Shown here: piece after piece, positions 61,186 through 64,000 of the stretch
Position numbering within the stretch: the stretch's first letter is position 1
Layout: the number at the start of each line of letters is the position of its first letter
Origin: Veleropilina oligotropha
Taxonomy: Eukaryota
Length of the DNA stretch: 64,000 nt
Assembly (NCBI GenBank): GCA_048128005.1
Contig: JBEUKZ010000107.1
Span: 124,001-188,000, forward strand
Direction of reading: 5' to 3'
The notes under the pieces: generated by a model
Databases searched by the model: none
The model's input: only the letters and a program-made list of their open reading frames with translations
Told to the model about the DNA's origin: nothing
Translations under genes and position numbers: made by a program

Positions 61186-61520
61186 TATTAAACATAACGT
61201 CAATCCAATGTTTTAAGAAATATAAACCCCAACTACAGCAATATCGAGAAAAACATACTTTTTATCGCCGTAAATTATCTTCGAACGGAAGTACAATGGT
61301 CAGCCAGTTACAGATTAGGACTCGCTGCGAGAGATTTCCCAGAGCGTAAATAAGTCGTCTGCTACAATGCTAATGGATGCAAATCAACAACTGGCCACTG
61401 GAACCGGTCTCGTACTTCCATTCGAAGAGATTTTACGGCGATAAAACGTACGTTTTTCTCGATATTGCTGTAGTGCGGGTTTATATTTCTTAAAACATTG
61501 GATTGACGTTATGTTTAATA
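61186..61520. mobile_element. MITE-like foldback with about 108-bp inverted arms
   Basis: 61186-61293 is the reverse complement of about 61412-61520; TA at both outer ends. Confidence 0.75.
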
Positions 61521-62163
61521 TCTATTGAATCGATTGATGTATGGTTAGGGTACAGACAGTGCATTAATTTGGCTTTTGAACTGTCGTACTACGGTGGGGT
61601 GTGTAAAATCTGTGGAAATTCATTTTTGATGTTGCATGCCTTCTCTTTTTCATAGTACACAAGTGTCTGTTGACCCGTGACGTCATATTTCACCTAGGCT
61701 GGGGAATTCCCCGTTTTCCATGGCGAAATAATGCCAGAGTAGTTATAAATGGACTGTTTATGTAGGCTAACTTATGGACAATGCGGTTACAAATTATGTA
61801 ATCAATATAAATGAAAACAAACAATAAGTTAACATCTTATATTAGGTTTTAATGACTTTTACTAGGCAAACCCATCATCACGTATACAAGTGCCTGTGGT
61901 TTGAGTGAGAACACTTGAACTTATGTAACATGGCATAGCTGAAGGCATGAGTCTGATGTCCGTTCGGTTGATTTTGAAACTTTAAATTGTAAACGAACTC
62001 CATCTTTATTTTGAATTTTTTTGAAAATATTTGGCGTGTAATATATTTAGTGCATATATGTGTTCAGCGTATAATTGGCCGCATGACAGTTATCCATTGC
62101 CTAAGAGCGTGGAATCTGAATTCACTGGTTTGACTGCTCTAATTAACAGGAGTGTGTTGATAT

Positions 62164-63000
62164 CTCCAGGTCATACTGGGGTCAGTGCAGCTCCAGGTCA
62201 TACTGGGGTCAGTGCAGCTCCAGGTCATACTGGGGTCAGTGCAGCTCCAGGTCATACTGGGGTCAGTACAGCTCCAGGTCATACTGGGGTCAGTGCAGCT
62301 CCAGGTCATACTGGGGTCAGTGCAGCTCCAGGTCATACTGGGGTCAGTACAGCTCCAGGTCATACTGGGGTCAGTGCAGCTCCAGGTCATACTGGGGTCA
62401 GTACAGCTCCAGGTCATACTGGGGTCAGTACAGCTCCAGGTCATGCTGGGGTCAGTACAGCTCCAGGTCATACTGGGGTCAGTGCAGCTCCAGGTCATAC
62501 TGGGGTCAGTACAGCTCCAGGTCATACTGGGGTCAGTGCAGCTCCAGGTCATACTGGGGTCAGTACAGCTCCAGGTCATACTGGGGTCAGTACAGCTCCA
62601 GGTCATGCTGGGGTCAGTACAGCTCCAGGTCATACTGGGGTCAGTGCAGCTCCAGGTCATACTGGGGTCAGTGCAGCTCCAGGTCATACTGGGGTCAGTA
62701 CAGCTCCAGGTCATACTGGGGTCAGTACAGCTCCAGGTCATACTGGGGTCAGTACAGCTCCAGGTCATACTGGGGTCAGTACAGCTCCAGGTCATACTGG
62801 GGTCAGTGCAGCTCCAGGTCATACTGGGGTCAGTGCAGCTCCAGGTCATACTGGGGTCAGTACAGCTCCAGGTCATACTGGGGTCAGTGCAGCTCCAGGT
62901 CATACTGGGGTCAGTACAGCTCCAGGTCATACTGGGGTCAGTGCGGCTCCAGGTCATACTGGGGTCAGTACAGCTCCAGGTCATACTGGGGTCAGTGCAG
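62164..63000. repeat. Minisatellite, 27-bp unit CTCCAGGTCATACTGGGGTCAGTRCAG
   Basis: About 31 copies. Confidence 0.97.
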
Positions 63001-63235
63001 GCAGGTTTTTCATCCCATGTTAAAATGGACATGTCCTGAGATGACCCTGTGGTTTATTAAATTAAAGTTTAAAGCATCAATCCAAAAGTATGCAGAAATA
63101 ATATGTTATTTCATTGAATAATGTGATAATACCACATAGCATATTCATGCAACAGTGCTATACATTATATGCATTCAGACTTCATTTGAAAGTTGAAACA
63201 CTGTGATAATATATATCCAGTGTTCTCCCCGGGCA

Positions 63236-63435
63236 CTTATAAGGTGGTGGGTCCGCCTCCCTATGGTCCTTATAAGGTGGTGGGTCCACCTCCCTATGGT
63301 CCTTATAAGGTGGTGGGTCCGCCTCCCTATGGTCCTTATAAGGTGGTGGGTCTGCCTCCCTATGGTCCTTATAAGGTGGTGGGTCCACCACCCTATGGTC
63401 CTTATAAGGTGGTGGGTCCACCACCCTATGGTCCT
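63236..63435. repeat. Minisatellite, 33-bp unit CTTATAAGGTGGTGGGTCCRCCTCCCTATGGTC
   Basis: About 6 copies. Confidence 0.93.
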
Positions 63436-64000
63436 CCGCCACCGTATGACCCTTCCATGCCACCTTTCCACACCTTTAAAAAAATATGACTTCCATTCCA
63501 TATGTTCACCCCATAAAAGTCATATAATTAATATATACAATATATATACTAGTATATATATACATGCATAAATACATACATACACACACACACACACGCG
63601 AGCGAACACAAGCGACACCTCCGCGACTTAATTCTCCCGCCTTATAATTTCAATCCAGGGAGAACCCTGTATATATCCTATGTCTGTTTACAATTCATGA
63701 TATTATGATGTAGACCTATTTGTATATATGCATATGAAATGTAACCCTTGGAAACTATTTAACCTCGAAATACATTTCTGCTTGTAATTAGTATCAATTA
63801 ACATACATCGCATACATTTCCTGGTGTCACAAATAAAATATACATCTCCCGTCTGTTAAATTCTATTGTGAAGTATATCATCTGTCTAGATAACAATTTT
63901 TGAATATGACATTTAAGTCCGCGCATATTACAAATTGACTGATCTATTTACCCATTGCAAGGTAAAAGAATGAACATTTATATCGTTTATCTAGATACAT

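Larger units (their letters stand above)
60048..61898. mobile_element. Non-autonomous TIR DNA transposon with 8-bp TSD (P-like termini)
   Basis: About 62-bp TIRs beginning CACAGGCACTTGTATACGTGATG; GTTTGAGT at 60040-60047 and 61899-61906. Confidence 0.85.

Noticed and set aside
62031..63571. Long repetitive ORFs (APGHTGVST, GPYKVVGPPPY)
   Set aside because: They arise from 27-bp and 33-bp units that are multiples of three and are open in several frames on both strands; no gene structure.

Overview
AT-rich eukaryotic (invertebrate-like) genomic DNA, probably intronic or intergenic. No host protein-coding gene can be supported. The centre is a 37-bp satellite (8391-44495) split by two insertions. 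The first is a head-to-tail pair of distinct DIRS1-type tyrosine-recombinase retrotransposons (10207-23010 and 23011-34104) joined with no spacer and no target duplication; the ends match each element's internal complementary region (ICR). The second is a near full-length CR1/L2-group LINE on the minus strand (39258-44212). DIRS-A has decayed ORFs and carries a hAT transposon with a 6-bp TSD and an intact two-exon transposase, whose intron holds two nested MITEs. DIRS-B has intact RT/RNaseH/MT and YR frames but is interrupted by a Ginger1-like element (CCGG TSD) that holds two further inserts. Comparing the two DIRS copies shows a covarying 5' leader structure, a compensated 5'/3' complementarity, and a Gag frame that continues past one UAG across pol into the recombinase. 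The flanks contain HINE-like elements, tRNA-derived SINEs, minisatellites and a TIR element carrying a Myb/SANT pseudogene. All coordinates and alignments were read by eye.
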